A stretch of 64,000 nt of DNA from a bacterium. GTDB lineage: Bacteria; Omnitrophota; Gorgyraeia; Zapsychrales; Zapsychraceae. The notes below the pieces were generated by a model. That model was given only the letters and a program-made list of their open reading frames with translations, did no database searches and was not told the DNA's origin. The position numbers and the translations under genes are program-made. This document shows positions 1 to 9,497 of the stretch, piece by piece (position 1 is the first letter of the stretch; every line of letters starts with the position of its first letter). Where the stretch lies: the NCBI GenBank assembly GCA_030429765.1, contig JAUIER010000007.1, positions 4,372 to 68,371 of the forward strand, in the 5' to 3' direction.

Positions 1-147
1 ATGCAGAATCACAACAAACAATTTAATGGGGTACAAGAAGATGGTGTCCCACAAAAGCACGGCCAGGACAAAATAGACGATAAGCCGTCCCAATTCCTCA
101 GGATCAACTCGATCGACTTTTTTGGTAGGTTGTTGAGTGATATTCAT
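1..147 (-). CDS. M50B-family membrane metallopeptidase, 5' part (runs off window)
   Basis: Manual minus-strand translation from ATG 147: MNITQQPTKK...VLAVLLWDTIFLYPIKLFVVILH. This matches the M50B N-terminal W..xxYPxKLxVVxLH(E) pattern leading into HExxH. Confidence 0.7.
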   Translation of the reverse strand, partial: MNITQQPTKKVDRVDPEELGRLIVYFVLAVLLWDTIFLYPIKLFVVILH

Positions 148-192
148 TGGATTATTCTAACACAAGTCGAGATACGAATTATATCAACCACA

Positions 193-253
193 GGTCTTTA
201 GCAATTAGGAATTTCGATGCTTCAACGCGACATCTAATCAGAACATAATCGTA
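193..253. repeat. Degenerate ~60-bp REP-like hairpin, inverted copy
   Basis: Reverse complement TACGATTATGTTCTGATTAGATGTCGCGTTGAAGCATCG aligns with the copies at 1271 and 1362. Confidence 0.55.
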
Positions 254-335
254 CTTATTAGCATGGTAAAAATATTAACTCCTCAATCAAACCCAATATT
301 TGCAAAATCTACCACCTATTGTATACTTGAGCATC

Positions 336-1250
336 ATGAAACTGGCATTTTTAATGTGTTTTCACAAGGACGTCGAGGTCTGCCGCAACCGCATTCGGAT
401 GCTCCGCCAATACAACCCGGATCTGCCGATCTACGGCGTGTATGGAGGCGATTCCGGCGAGGAGGAGCGGTATCGACGGGCGTTGGGCGGGCTGCTGGAC
501 GATTTTTACAGCTTTGAGTGCGACCGGGACAGCGAATGGAAGTGGGTGAATTTTGATGTGATGATCGCCCAGTGGTATGAGCGCCGAGGCAAGGACCTCG
601 CCTTTGACACCGTGGTCAGCATTCAATGGGACCAATTGATCCTCGCCCCGATCACCGAGCTGTTTCCCGATTTAAAGCCCAACGAGATCCTGTTCTCGGG
701 ATTGCGTCCCGCGCGTGAGGTCATGGACTGGTGGTACTGGGTTTCCAAACGTGATCGACCCGGAGCTCCGCCGGAATACGGCTTCAAAACCTACACGACG
801 TTTTTGAATCACCTCAAAGACACATACAATTACAGCGACGAGCCGGTGTTCAGTCAGTCGTTTTTTTGTTTGCTGCCGCGGACGTTTTTAAAACCGTTCA
901 GTGAAAGCGACTGGTCGGTGCCGGGGTATGGCGAGTACCGTATGCCGATGTACGCCCAGGCCTTCGGCGTGCCGTTTTGTCAGACCCATCACGTGGACGC
1001 GTGGTGGCCGTCCGATCCGGAGAGAAGCCAACATCCCATCCCCGAACGCATTGTCGAGTCCGACCGCATCCCGCCGTACGCCGAACGGACACTCACCGCG
1101 GCAAGAATTCCTCTCCCGCTCAAAGTCATCCTCCAATTGTCCAAAGCCCCCGATGGCCCCAAACTCTTTCACCCGTATTACAGAATCTTCCCGCTCAGCA
1201 TCACCGATTGGATGAGGTTGTTGAGGGATAAGGTGACGGGGCAAAGATAG
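336..1250 (+). CDS. Hypothetical glycosyltransferase-like protein
   Basis: Long ORF, likely start ATG 336 (MKLAFLMCFHKD). GT-A-like N-terminal strand and a QWD acidic motif; sits in a polysaccharide locus. Confidence 0.55.
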   Translation: MKLAFLMCFHKDVEVCRNRIRMLRQYNPDLPIYGVYGGDSGEEERYRRALGGLLDDFYSFECDRDSEWKWVNFDVMIAQWYERRGKDLAFDTVVSIQWDQLILAPITELFPDLKPNEILFSGLRPAREVMDWWYWVSKRDRPGAPPEYGFKTYTTFLNHLKDTYNYSDEPVFSQSFFCLLPRTFLKPFSESDWSVPGYGEYRMPMYAQAFGVPFCQTHHVDAWWPSDPERSQHPIPERIVESDRIPPYAERTLTAARIPLPLKVILQLSKAPDGPKLFHPYYRIFPLSITDWMRLLRDKVTGQR

Positions 1251-1273
1251 CGTTTTAGGACACTGGTCTGTAC

Positions 1274-1331
1274 GGTCATGTCTTGAACCGATGTTGCGTT
1301 GAATCGTCGCAACATCTTAGTAATCATAACC
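1274..1331. repeat. REP-like hairpin, copy 2
   Basis: GGTCATG...GATGTTGCG-loop-CGCAACATC...CATAACC nested inverted repeat. Confidence 0.65.
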
Positions 1332-1364
1332 ATTTATCGACACTTTCTGTGTGTCGACTTCTAC

Positions 1365-1422
1365 GGTCATGTTCTGAAAAGAATTTCGTTGAAGCATTCG
1401 AGATTCTGGATAGAACATGACC
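1365..1422. repeat. REP-like hairpin, copy 3
   Basis: GGTCATGTTCT...AGAATTTCG-loop-CGAGATTCT...AGAACATGACC nested inverted repeat. Confidence 0.7.
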
Positions 1423-1426
1423 TTTT

Positions 1427-1449
1427 GTCAACTTCCTTCGGAAGTTGAC
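1427..1449. terminator. Perfect stem-loop, possible terminator
   Basis: GTCAACTTCC-TTC-GGAAGTTGAC, a 10-bp stem between co-oriented genes; the U-tract is weak. Confidence 0.35.
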
Positions 1450-1599
1450 TTGTACCACTGTGTCCTATTGACTATTATGCTTTATCTATTAATCTTAATA
1501 GAAACGTTTGTTGCATAATCGGCAGGTAAAGCTTATAATACTCTGCAAGTTATTGTTGCACAACACTATATAAAATTTTATTAGACATTAAAGGGTCCT

Positions 1600-2427
1600 A
1601 TGAAATCTTTTCTTGAAAAATATCCAGCACTGTATAAAGCCGTATTTAAACTATATGAACTGTGTCGAAACATATTTCGCATCAACACCAAAACCGTTTT
1701 ATTGTCCAAGGAAGGCCGCTCGGAAAAGCATTTGGAGGAGATGTATACCGACCCACTCTACAGCAATGTCATCAAGGATGTCGAAGAATTTACCGGCCTG
1801 ACAGGTGACGACCTTAAAAAACGCCTCATGCTCGAACCAGAATATACGAACTATAGTGAATTCAAATGGCATTCACCTAAGAGTCACAATGAACTCACCT
1901 GGTTCTATCGATGCTGCTATAGCTACTTATACGATAATGCAGGCCATCATTTCTGGAAAAAATTGGATTTTGTTAAACCCGAGCATGGTCGTATTCTGGA
2001 ATATGCCGGAGGGATTGGTCACAATACAATACCATTGGCGGAACGTGGTTGTGAAGTTGACTATTTGGAAATTGGAATTATTCAATCGGCTTTCGTTCGT
2101 TACCGTTTAGACAAAAGAGGCCTTAAAAATGTGAACTTTGTCAACTTATATGTCGACGGCAAGTTTGATCCAGTCAATTGTGTCACAGAAAAATATGGCG
2201 TTATTATTCTTCAAGACGTCTTGGAGCACATTCCAAACTATCACATCGTTCTAAGGCATCTCATCGATCACCTAGAACCTAATGGATATATTCTCGAACA
2301 AACACCGTTTGAAGAGGACGTCACGGCTGACGACATTGATATTCACCTGCGCCCATCTATGCCGATGGAAGAGGCGATGGTCGGGATGAAAAAGATTGAA
2401 CGGAATATTTGGCAGAAGGTTTCGTGA
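1600..2427 (+). CDS. Class I SAM-dependent methyltransferase
   Basis: ILEYAGGIG motif I and LQDVLEHI..LEPNG motif. Confidence 0.85.
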   Translation: MKSFLEKYPALYKAVFKLYELCRNIFRINTKTVLLSKEGRSEKHLEEMYTDPLYSNVIKDVEEFTGLTGDDLKKRLMLEPEYTNYSEFKWHSPKSHNELTWFYRCCYSYLYDNAGHHFWKKLDFVKPEHGRILEYAGGIGHNTIPLAERGCEVDYLEIGIIQSAFVRYRLDKRGLKNVNFVNLYVDGKFDPVNCVTEKYGVIILQDVLEHIPNYHIVLRHLIDHLEPNGYILEQTPFEEDVTADDIDIHLRPSMPMEEAMVGMKKIERNIWQKVS

Positions 2428-2595
2428 CGGATATTTTGACAGCATTACTTATACCTTTAAAACAAAACCATATAAAAGTTCACAAGGTCACATGATGAGA
2501 ACAGGTATGGTGCGAGATAGTTGACTCAACATAGATTGTAGCCCAGGTATACCACAATATTGGATTTTTCTTGAATAGTTTATTCTGAATTTAGC

Positions 2596-3648
2596 ATGTC
2601 ACCCAGGAACCCAACACCCAGCTTAACTGTGCCATGGATTAACTTAACGCGTTTCGCTGCAATAGTATCAGTTATTCTATTTCATGCCTCAGCAGCGCAC
2701 ATTGATCAATTTGAGATTCTAGATGTTAGTCAATGGATATTCGTTGATATTTACGCATCCATTACGCGTATTTGTGTACCACTGTTCTTTATGATATCCG
2801 GCAGCCTACTACTGAGTAAAGAGGATGGAATAATCTCCTTTTATAAGCGAAGACTTGTAAAAATATTTATCCCGTTGATGATCTGGAGCTTAGCCTACAT
2901 AGTATGGAAAGATATTGTAGGCAAAGAGGTTTTGACTTCAACCTCGATTATCATATCTATTCTCAAACCCGCGTATTATCATCTTTGGTTTCTGTATGCT
3001 ATTGTCGGAATTTATCTGTATATGCCGCTTCTACAAGTTTTGGTTCAACACTCTGATCGACGACGATTGTACTACTTTGTGGGACTGTGGTTTATTGCCA
3101 CGTCACTGATTCCATCCAGTGAACGCTTATCCGAGTTGCATAGCCATATTGATCTGGGGATGGCCGGTGGATTTTCCGGATATCTGGTTTTAGGTCATTT
3201 GCTACGGGGGTCTCAAATCACCGTTAAAAGGGTATGGATGGCAATATCCTTATTCTTACTTTGCAACATTGCCACGGCCGAAGGTCTCCATATTTTTACC
3301 TCTAGAGGATCCATTAATCTGGCTCGAGCCTTTCATTCCTATTTGGCACCCAATGTGATTGGAGCATCCATGGCGGCATTTTATCTACTCAAGTGCATTG
3401 GCACACGCCTGACGAAATCCGAGTCGGGCATATACAAAACCATAGATCAAGTCACACCATATATCTTTGGGATTTATTTAGTTCATGCGATGATTCAATA
3501 TCATGTCCACGAGTTAAAGATCCCGATCGTCTCGAACGGACATCTAGGCTATGCCTTATTGCTGGAAACAATATTGGTATTTTACCTAAGCTTCGTTTGT
3601 GTATGGATCATTAAAAAAATCCCGTTGATTCGGGTATGTGTGCCGTAA
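2596..3648 (+). CDS. Acyltransferase-3 family membrane O-acetyltransferase (WecH/YiaH-like)
   Basis: R..A...VILFH, RICVPLFFMISG and YYHLWFLY motifs; about 10 TM helices. Confidence 0.9.
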   Translation: MSPRNPTPSLTVPWINLTRFAAIVSVILFHASAAHIDQFEILDVSQWIFVDIYASITRICVPLFFMISGSLLLSKEDGIISFYKRRLVKIFIPLMIWSLAYIVWKDIVGKEVLTSTSIIISILKPAYYHLWFLYAIVGIYLYMPLLQVLVQHSDRRRLYYFVGLWFIATSLIPSSERLSELHSHIDLGMAGGFSGYLVLGHLLRGSQITVKRVWMAISLFLLCNIATAEGLHIFTSRGSINLARAFHSYLAPNVIGASMAAFYLLKCIGTRLTKSESGIYKTIDQVTPYIFGIYLVHAMIQYHVHELKIPIVSNGHLGYALLLETILVFYLSFVCVWIIKKIPLIRVCVP

Positions 3649-3744
3649 GAATTGTGTACCCTCTCAGGCCAAACATCTGGACATATCACCTAGAATCCGG
3701 TAGTCTTATGCATATTGTAATTCGTTAAATCATTAATAAAATCT

Positions 3745-4932
3745 ATGATTCAAGCCAAAAAAATCCTCGTCACCGATGGTCTGTGGCAGGGGAGCATTAC
3801 AACTATTCAAAGTCTCGGCCGGCAGGGGCATGAAATCTATCTAGCCGATCACGATGCGAATCGATCCACGGGCCGCTCCAAGTATTGCCGTAAACTCTTC
3901 ACCTGCCCGCATCCCAAGGATAAAAAGAATTATGTCGATGCGATTATTGAGATTCTCGCTAGGGAGAAATTCGATTTGCTGGTCCCGATTGGCGATCAGA
4001 CCATGGAGGCGTTTGCCGAACGTAAAGACGAACTGCTCAAACATACCAGGGTGATCATTCCCGATCATGACAAGATTCTCATCGCCGATGACAAACGATT
4101 GACGGCCAAGTTTGCTCAGGAAAATGATATATTAATTCCCATTTCCTATCAAATCTCTTCGAAAGAAGAGGCCAAAAATGTGGCTCGGAAAGATATCTTT
4201 CCATGTATTGCCAAAATGCCATCCGAAACCGCATCGGAAGGGTTAATGATTCTCGAAACACGCGAAGATTTCCTGGACTTTTACAGTCACGATGAGAATC
4301 TTCAACGTTACACGTTGGTCCAGAAGTTTGTGCAAGGCGATATATACGGCTCAACGGCCGTCTGCCATGAAGGACAAATTCTTAATTACTTTATGTTTTA
4401 TGTACCGATCCGCTACGGCACCGGGGGAGCTGCATCATACTACTACTCGTCGAATAATCCCACATTACTTGAGATCACACGTGATATCGTCCGTAAGCTA
4501 AACTGGACCGGTTTCATTGACTTTGATTTTTTGGAGGATAAGGAGGGCAATTTTGTATTGCTCGAGATCAATCCGCGTCTGTCAGGAGGATCACAGTTCG
4601 CGCACAAGATGGGGGTCGATTTACCCCTGACATATTTCAATCTGGTTCTCAATAATGACACGCGTGTGGTCGAACCAAAATACCGGGACAACAAACAGTA
4701 CCGGCTGCTGTTACCGGTGGAGGTGATGTATCATCTGAGAAACTATCGACGCATTCATCGCTCATTTTTCCAGATTTTTAATTTGCTGAGTTGTACAAAT
4801 ATCAATTGGAATGATTGGCCGTTGACGCGAAGTCAGCTCAAAGAGACCTGGTGGAATTGCCGGCATATTATCAAGGGTCGCAAATTCATCAAGGAGGAAG
4901 TGGCCATTCCCGTGCATCGTCGAAACGGATAA
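3745..4932 (+). CDS. ATP-grasp domain protein (carboxylate-amine ligase)
   Basis: DDK, LVQKFVQG and LLEINPRLSGG ATP-grasp motifs. Confidence 0.85.
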   Translation: MIQAKKILVTDGLWQGSITTIQSLGRQGHEIYLADHDANRSTGRSKYCRKLFTCPHPKDKKNYVDAIIEILAREKFDLLVPIGDQTMEAFAERKDELLKHTRVIIPDHDKILIADDKRLTAKFAQENDILIPISYQISSKEEAKNVARKDIFPCIAKMPSETASEGLMILETREDFLDFYSHDENLQRYTLVQKFVQGDIYGSTAVCHEGQILNYFMFYVPIRYGTGGAASYYYSSNNPTLLEITRDIVRKLNWTGFIDFDFLEDKEGNFVLLEINPRLSGGSQFAHKMGVDLPLTYFNLVLNNDTRVVEPKYRDNKQYRLLLPVEVMYHLRNYRRIHRSFFQIFNLLSCTNINWNDWPLTRSQLKETWWNCRHIIKGRKFIKEEVAIPVHRRNG

Positions 4933-5033
4933 AATACACGTGTCAGCATCAAAAATTGGTAAATATCGTCGCCATCGTGTATCCTTACTGTTAACATATA
5001 GCGGACAGCAAACCGGTTAAGAACTCATCATTC

Positions 5034-6140
5034 ATGAAGCCCAAAGTCATCCTACAATTCACCTGCATGCATTCCACCAAATACGGGGCGGTGGAGCGCT
5101 ACTTTAAAGAAACCGCCTCACTGTGCACCGAGAAGGGCTATACCACGATCATGCAATATGAATCGATGCCGCAGTCGTCGGAGTATTGTCAGGACGTCAA
5201 GGACACACACACCGAGATCCGCGTATTTCCCATACCACTGAGTCCGATCGGATCATTTTTTCGAGTATTTAAAATCATCAAGGAAGTTCAGCCGGAGATC
5301 ATTCACGTGCACTTTGCCGAACGCTTTGTCAAACTCTGGATCCCGATCATTGGACGCTGGTTCGGCGCCCGACGGGTGATCCATTCGATGCACAATATCC
5401 CGGAGTACCCCGGAAAAACGTCAGCACGGCACATTTACAATCTATACGATTACACGCTTCCTGTAAGTCAATCCGCTGAGAAAGGATGTAAAACCGGCGG
5501 TTTTGATATGAGCAAGGTCAAAACACACTATCTAGGATTATTCGGTGATCGCCCTAGATCAGCGGAACTCCGGGAGTCCTATCGCCAGAAATTTGGCATT
5601 CCGGATGATGCGATCGTCGTTGGGTGCATCGCCTTTGATACACCATTCAAAGGGCTCGAAGGATTACTTAAATCTGTTAAGCTCGCCAGCGAACAGCATC
5701 CAAATTTACATCTGATTGAGATTGGGGTGGATCCCGCTGCCTCAAAACTTCCGGCCTTAGCCGAAGAGCTTGGTATCACAAATCGTGTGCATTGGGCCGG
5801 TATTATCGACAATGGCTGGCAGGTTTTGAATGCCGCTGATTTTTATATCCAACCCTCCACATTCTCTGAAGGACTCGGTCTTTCGATTGTGGAAGCGATG
5901 GCCCTAAAGTTACCCGTCATTGGAACCAACATTGGCGGGATACCCGAGGCCGTCAAAGACGGTGTGACGGGAATCATTACCGAACCTACCCCCGAGGCCA
6001 TCGCAAAAGCCATCGATACGATGATCCAACGCAGAGATGATTGGGATACGCTGGGTCAAGCCGGATACGACCGATACCGCCGAATCTTCGATGGGATGGA
6101 ATCCGTCCGCCAGCAATTGATTCAATTTTATGGTATATAG
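5034..6140 (+). CDS. Glycosyltransferase family 4
   Basis: EGLGLSIVEAMA (EX7E) and GGIPE motifs. Confidence 0.9.
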   Translation: MKPKVILQFTCMHSTKYGAVERYFKETASLCTEKGYTTIMQYESMPQSSEYCQDVKDTHTEIRVFPIPLSPIGSFFRVFKIIKEVQPEIIHVHFAERFVKLWIPIIGRWFGARRVIHSMHNIPEYPGKTSARHIYNLYDYTLPVSQSAEKGCKTGGFDMSKVKTHYLGLFGDRPRSAELRESYRQKFGIPDDAIVVGCIAFDTPFKGLEGLLKSVKLASEQHPNLHLIEIGVDPAASKLPALAEELGITNRVHWAGIIDNGWQVLNAADFYIQPSTFSEGLGLSIVEAMALKLPVIGTNIGGIPEAVKDGVTGIITEPTPEAIAKAIDTMIQRRDDWDTLGQAGYDRYRRIFDGMESVRQQLIQFYGI

Positions 6141-6330
6141 TTGCATTCAAGCCATAAAGTTGCGGGCTTAGACCATACATTCCAAAATTTTTTATAGTAC
6201 TATTATTTGAATATTATTTATTGCCTTTATCTAATTTACATATGCATTTTCAACGGATATACTCGATGTGGCTGGGCAGGTTCTTCCTCAAATCTGACAA
6301 TGACTCCAGACACACAAAGGACGTGAATCC

Positions 6331-7413
6331 GTGAACACGACAATTCCGACAAATGTTTCAAGCGTCATCGTCAATTTCCGTGGCGGACTGGGCGATTTGA
6401 TCATGCTGACACCGATGATGCGGGCCATCAAAGAGAGCGGCGTTAAGACGCTGACATTGATCACCACAACGAATATGCGTGAGCTGGCGGAGCGGATTGA
6501 GTGGATTGATGAGGTGATTTATTTTGATGCCGGGTCACCCCGGGACACGTGGCGGCATCCCATCCAAGTCGGGAAGTTTCGGCGACGGATTCAGTCGATT
6601 TCGGCCGATCGGCTGATTCATTCGATTTGCACATACGGCCGGGTGCCGCGCTGGATCGGAGGGATGATCAGTCCCCGGCATTCAATTGGATATGATCACG
6701 GCTCCAAGGCCTGTGATTGCGATGCACTCTTAACCGTGGATGACACACGGCATGATATCCGGTTGAACCTCGATCTATGGGATCCTCAACGGGAATGGAC
6801 CACGACGGATCTGCGGCTCAGACTGGAGTTGAGCGCGGCGGATATTGCGTGGGCCAATGATTTTTTGCGAGGACGCGTCCCGGAACAGGCCCGGATGACC
6901 GCGGTGGCACCGTGTATCCGTTACACCTATGGTTTACAGACGCGCCAGTGGCCGCTGAGCAAATTTGCCGAGCTGATGCGGCGTATACTCGAGGAGCCGG
7001 ACCACTACGTGTATGTGTGCGGATCGCGTCAGGAGCTCGATCAATTGACGAATGATGCCTGCACCGCGGAGCTGATGCGGCACGAGCGGATAGTGACGGT
7101 CCCGGATTCACAGCCGTTGTTTCATGCCGGCGCATTGCTGCGTCGCTGTGACGCCCTGATCTGCAATGACAGCGGCTTGATGCATCTGGCCGTGGCCTTA
7201 CGCGTGCCGGTGGTTTCTTTGTGGGGGCCGACGCGCATCGTCCGCAAAGGATATGCCCACGTCGAGACATTTCGCGGGGTGGAAAGCCAGGGATGCCGTT
7301 GCCGCATGGACTACATCAACCCGGTCACCGATTGTGACGATGGGGCATGCTGGAGCACCGTTGAGGCCGACGCCGTCTTCAACGCGTACAAAGATTTGGT
7401 CAATCAAGTTTAA
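6331..7413 (+). CDS. Glycosyltransferase family 9 (heptosyltransferase-like)
   Basis: GGLGDLIM..P and NDSGLMHLAVAL motifs; C-terminal Cys cluster. Confidence 0.9.
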   Translation: MNTTIPTNVSSVIVNFRGGLGDLIMLTPMMRAIKESGVKTLTLITTTNMRELAERIEWIDEVIYFDAGSPRDTWRHPIQVGKFRRRIQSISADRLIHSICTYGRVPRWIGGMISPRHSIGYDHGSKACDCDALLTVDDTRHDIRLNLDLWDPQREWTTTDLRLRLELSAADIAWANDFLRGRVPEQARMTAVAPCIRYTYGLQTRQWPLSKFAELMRRILEEPDHYVYVCGSRQELDQLTNDACTAELMRHERIVTVPDSQPLFHAGALLRRCDALICNDSGLMHLAVALRVPVVSLWGPTRIVRKGYAHVETFRGVESQGCRCRMDYINPVTDCDDGACWSTVEADAVFNAYKDLVNQV

Positions 7414-8567
7414 TGCACGATGTCATGAACGTTTTATTTATCCATCCCAATAACAAATACACCGGTCAGGAGATCTCGCTGCTGGAGCGGATCATCGGAC
7501 TCAAGCACAATGGCGTGAACTGCGCGGTGGTGCTGCCTGAACAGGGCAAATTTGGACGCATCCTCGGTGAGTATGATATCCCCGTCGTAATTGCCGATCT
7601 GTCGCGCTTTGACCGCAGCAACAAACGGGCCTTTGTGCGCAGTATCTGGACGATGCGGCGGATCATCAAGCAGCAGCAGGCGTCAATCGTGCACTGCTCG
7701 GGGATCTATTCCAATCAATACGCGGTGTGGGCGGCCAAGCTGTCCGGGATTCCGTGCGTGGCCTCAATCAGCACGACGGTGTACAATGATTACGATTTTC
7801 GGTCCAACTTCACGCACGCGCTTAACCGGGTATGCTGTGTATCGGAGGCGGTGCGGCAAAATCTGCTCGAGAAATCGCGGGTTACCGAACAGCAGGCCGT
7901 GACATTATACGACGGCTATCATCTGGACTCGATCAAGGTGGATCCCGACGCTGTTGCGCGGTTTCGGACGGACTTTGATATCCAGGACCATCACCGGATC
8001 ATCGCGACGATCGGCGAGGTCATCCCCCGCAAGGGCATCGAGTACTTTGTGGAGATGGCCCATATCCTCAAGAAACAGCATGATCATCTCAAATTTCTCG
8101 TCATCGGCGAGCATCACAATGACGAGTATGAACAGCAGGTCCGGCAGCAGATTCAGAAACTCAACCTTTCGGATGATGTGATCTTCACCGGATTTCAGCC
8201 GGATATTTACAGCATTATCAGTCAGCTCGATGTCAGTGTGGTGGCGTCGCTGGCTGAAGGGCTGTGCCGGGTGATCGTCGAGACGCAGCAGATGGAGAAG
8301 CCGATCGTCTCAACGGCGGTCTCGGGCAATGTCGAGGCGATCCGGGACGGATACAACGGCTATCTGGTGGAATCCCAACGGCCAGATCTCTTGGCCGAGC
8401 GGGTCAGTCACATCCTCAAGCATCCGGACGAAGCGCGAACACTGGGTCAAAACGCCAAGGCCAGCGTCCAGGAAAAATTCACCCTCCAGGCGCATGTGGA
8501 CCATCTCCTGCGTATTTACCGCGATATATCGAAAGGGGACAGTCCCCAAAAAGGGACAGGTCGCTAG
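7413..8567 (+). CDS. Glycosyltransferase family 4
   Basis: GEVIPRKG and EGLCRVIVE motifs; paralog of the GTs at 26588 and 27723. Confidence 0.9.
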   Translation: MHDVMNVLFIHPNNKYTGQEISLLERIIGLKHNGVNCAVVLPEQGKFGRILGEYDIPVVIADLSRFDRSNKRAFVRSIWTMRRIIKQQQASIVHCSGIYSNQYAVWAAKLSGIPCVASISTTVYNDYDFRSNFTHALNRVCCVSEAVRQNLLEKSRVTEQQAVTLYDGYHLDSIKVDPDAVARFRTDFDIQDHHRIIATIGEVIPRKGIEYFVEMAHILKKQHDHLKFLVIGEHHNDEYEQQVRQQIQKLNLSDDVIFTGFQPDIYSIISQLDVSVVASLAEGLCRVIVETQQMEKPIVSTAVSGNVEAIRDGYNGYLVESQRPDLLAERVSHILKHPDEARTLGQNAKASVQEKFTLQAHVDHLLRIYRDISKGDSPQKGTGR

Positions 8568-8616
8568 GTTTAGGCAATCAACCAGCCGTCAAACAGGGAC
8601 AGGTCATTCCCGGGCA

Positions 8617-8644
8617 TTGACATCAGCCGCCCATCCGATATACT
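8617..8644 (+). promoter_or_regulatory. sigma-70 promoter of the RAYT gene
   Basis: TTGACA-N16-TATACT upstream of ATG 8692. Confidence 0.5.
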
Positions 8645-8691
8645 CAATACACATCCCCCACTCGAAACAACCATCAAGAAGGGGGAAGCCC

Positions 8692-9297
8692 ATGCCACGT
8701 CTCGCCAGAAAGGATCTGCTCTACGACGGATGCTACGTCCATGTCATATCCAGATCGATCCGTCAGCTCAAACTCTTTAAGGATGATCAGGATTTCGATC
8801 ACCTCTACAACCTGTTACGGCTGACGCAGCGTCAGTCAGGCTCCACTATTCATCACTATTGTCTGATGCACACCCATTTTCATCTCGTGGTTCAAATATC
8901 CAATCTCGATCAATTCGCCGGGGCGATGCGCTACGCCAAAAGTCAGTACAGCTATCACTTTCATGAACGGTATCAGATGAGCGGCCCGATTTGGCGCGAG
9001 CGCTATCGAGCGTTGCTTATCGAAAACGAGGCTTATCTGCGCTCGTGCGGCGTCTATATTGAACATAATCCTGTCAAGGCCGGGATGGTCACGGACGCGC
9101 AATCATGGCCGTACAGCTCGTACCGGCACTACCACTCGGATTTTGTTGATCCGTTAATCGGCACGGACTCAACCTCATCAACAAGGACCCCATTGAGTGA
9201 ACCGATCGATAATCCGGAGCGGTTTTTTGAGCGGGGAAGGGCGATTGGATCGGCCTTTTTTCGCTGGCAGCTGAATGAGAAGTTTAAACCGCGTTGA
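8692..9297 (+). CDS. REP-associated tyrosine transposase (Y1 HUH, IS200-like)
   Basis: MPRLAR start, YVHVISR, YCLMHTHFHL (HUH), YIEHNPVKAG and WPYSSY motifs; RBS GAAGGGGG. Confidence 0.9.
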   Translation: MPRLARKDLLYDGCYVHVISRSIRQLKLFKDDQDFDHLYNLLRLTQRQSGSTIHHYCLMHTHFHLVVQISNLDQFAGAMRYAKSQYSYHFHERYQMSGPIWRERYRALLIENEAYLRSCGVYIEHNPVKAGMVTDAQSWPYSSYRHYHSDFVDPLIGTDSTSSTRTPLSEPIDNPERFFERGRAIGSAFFRWQLNEKFKPR

Positions 9298-9497
9298 AGC
9301 TTTTTTGATTGATAAGGAACAGGGCATGAATCATGAATGAATCTTTTTCACGTATGGTGGGTTCGTTATTGGTCTGGATGGAGAGATGCAACATTATTAA
9401 ACGCTGGATAGATGTTGAATAACTGGGATCTGTCCCCGTTTGAGAGCTGGATAGTTGGGGGCAAACTGGGACCTGTCCCTTTTTGGGGACTGTCCCC

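Noticed and set aside
1-201. 66-aa + strand ORF
   Set aside because: It is the shadow of the M50B peptidase start on the - strand.
1274-1422. Hairpins as integron attC sites or a CRISPR array
   Set aside because: There are no RYYYAAC...GTTRRRY ends in the right order, no integrase or cas genes, and only divergent copies without regular spacers.
8329-8691. N-terminal extension of the RAYT ORF
   Set aside because: It overlaps the GT4 gene. The family-typical MPR start, RBS and promoter point to ATG 8692.
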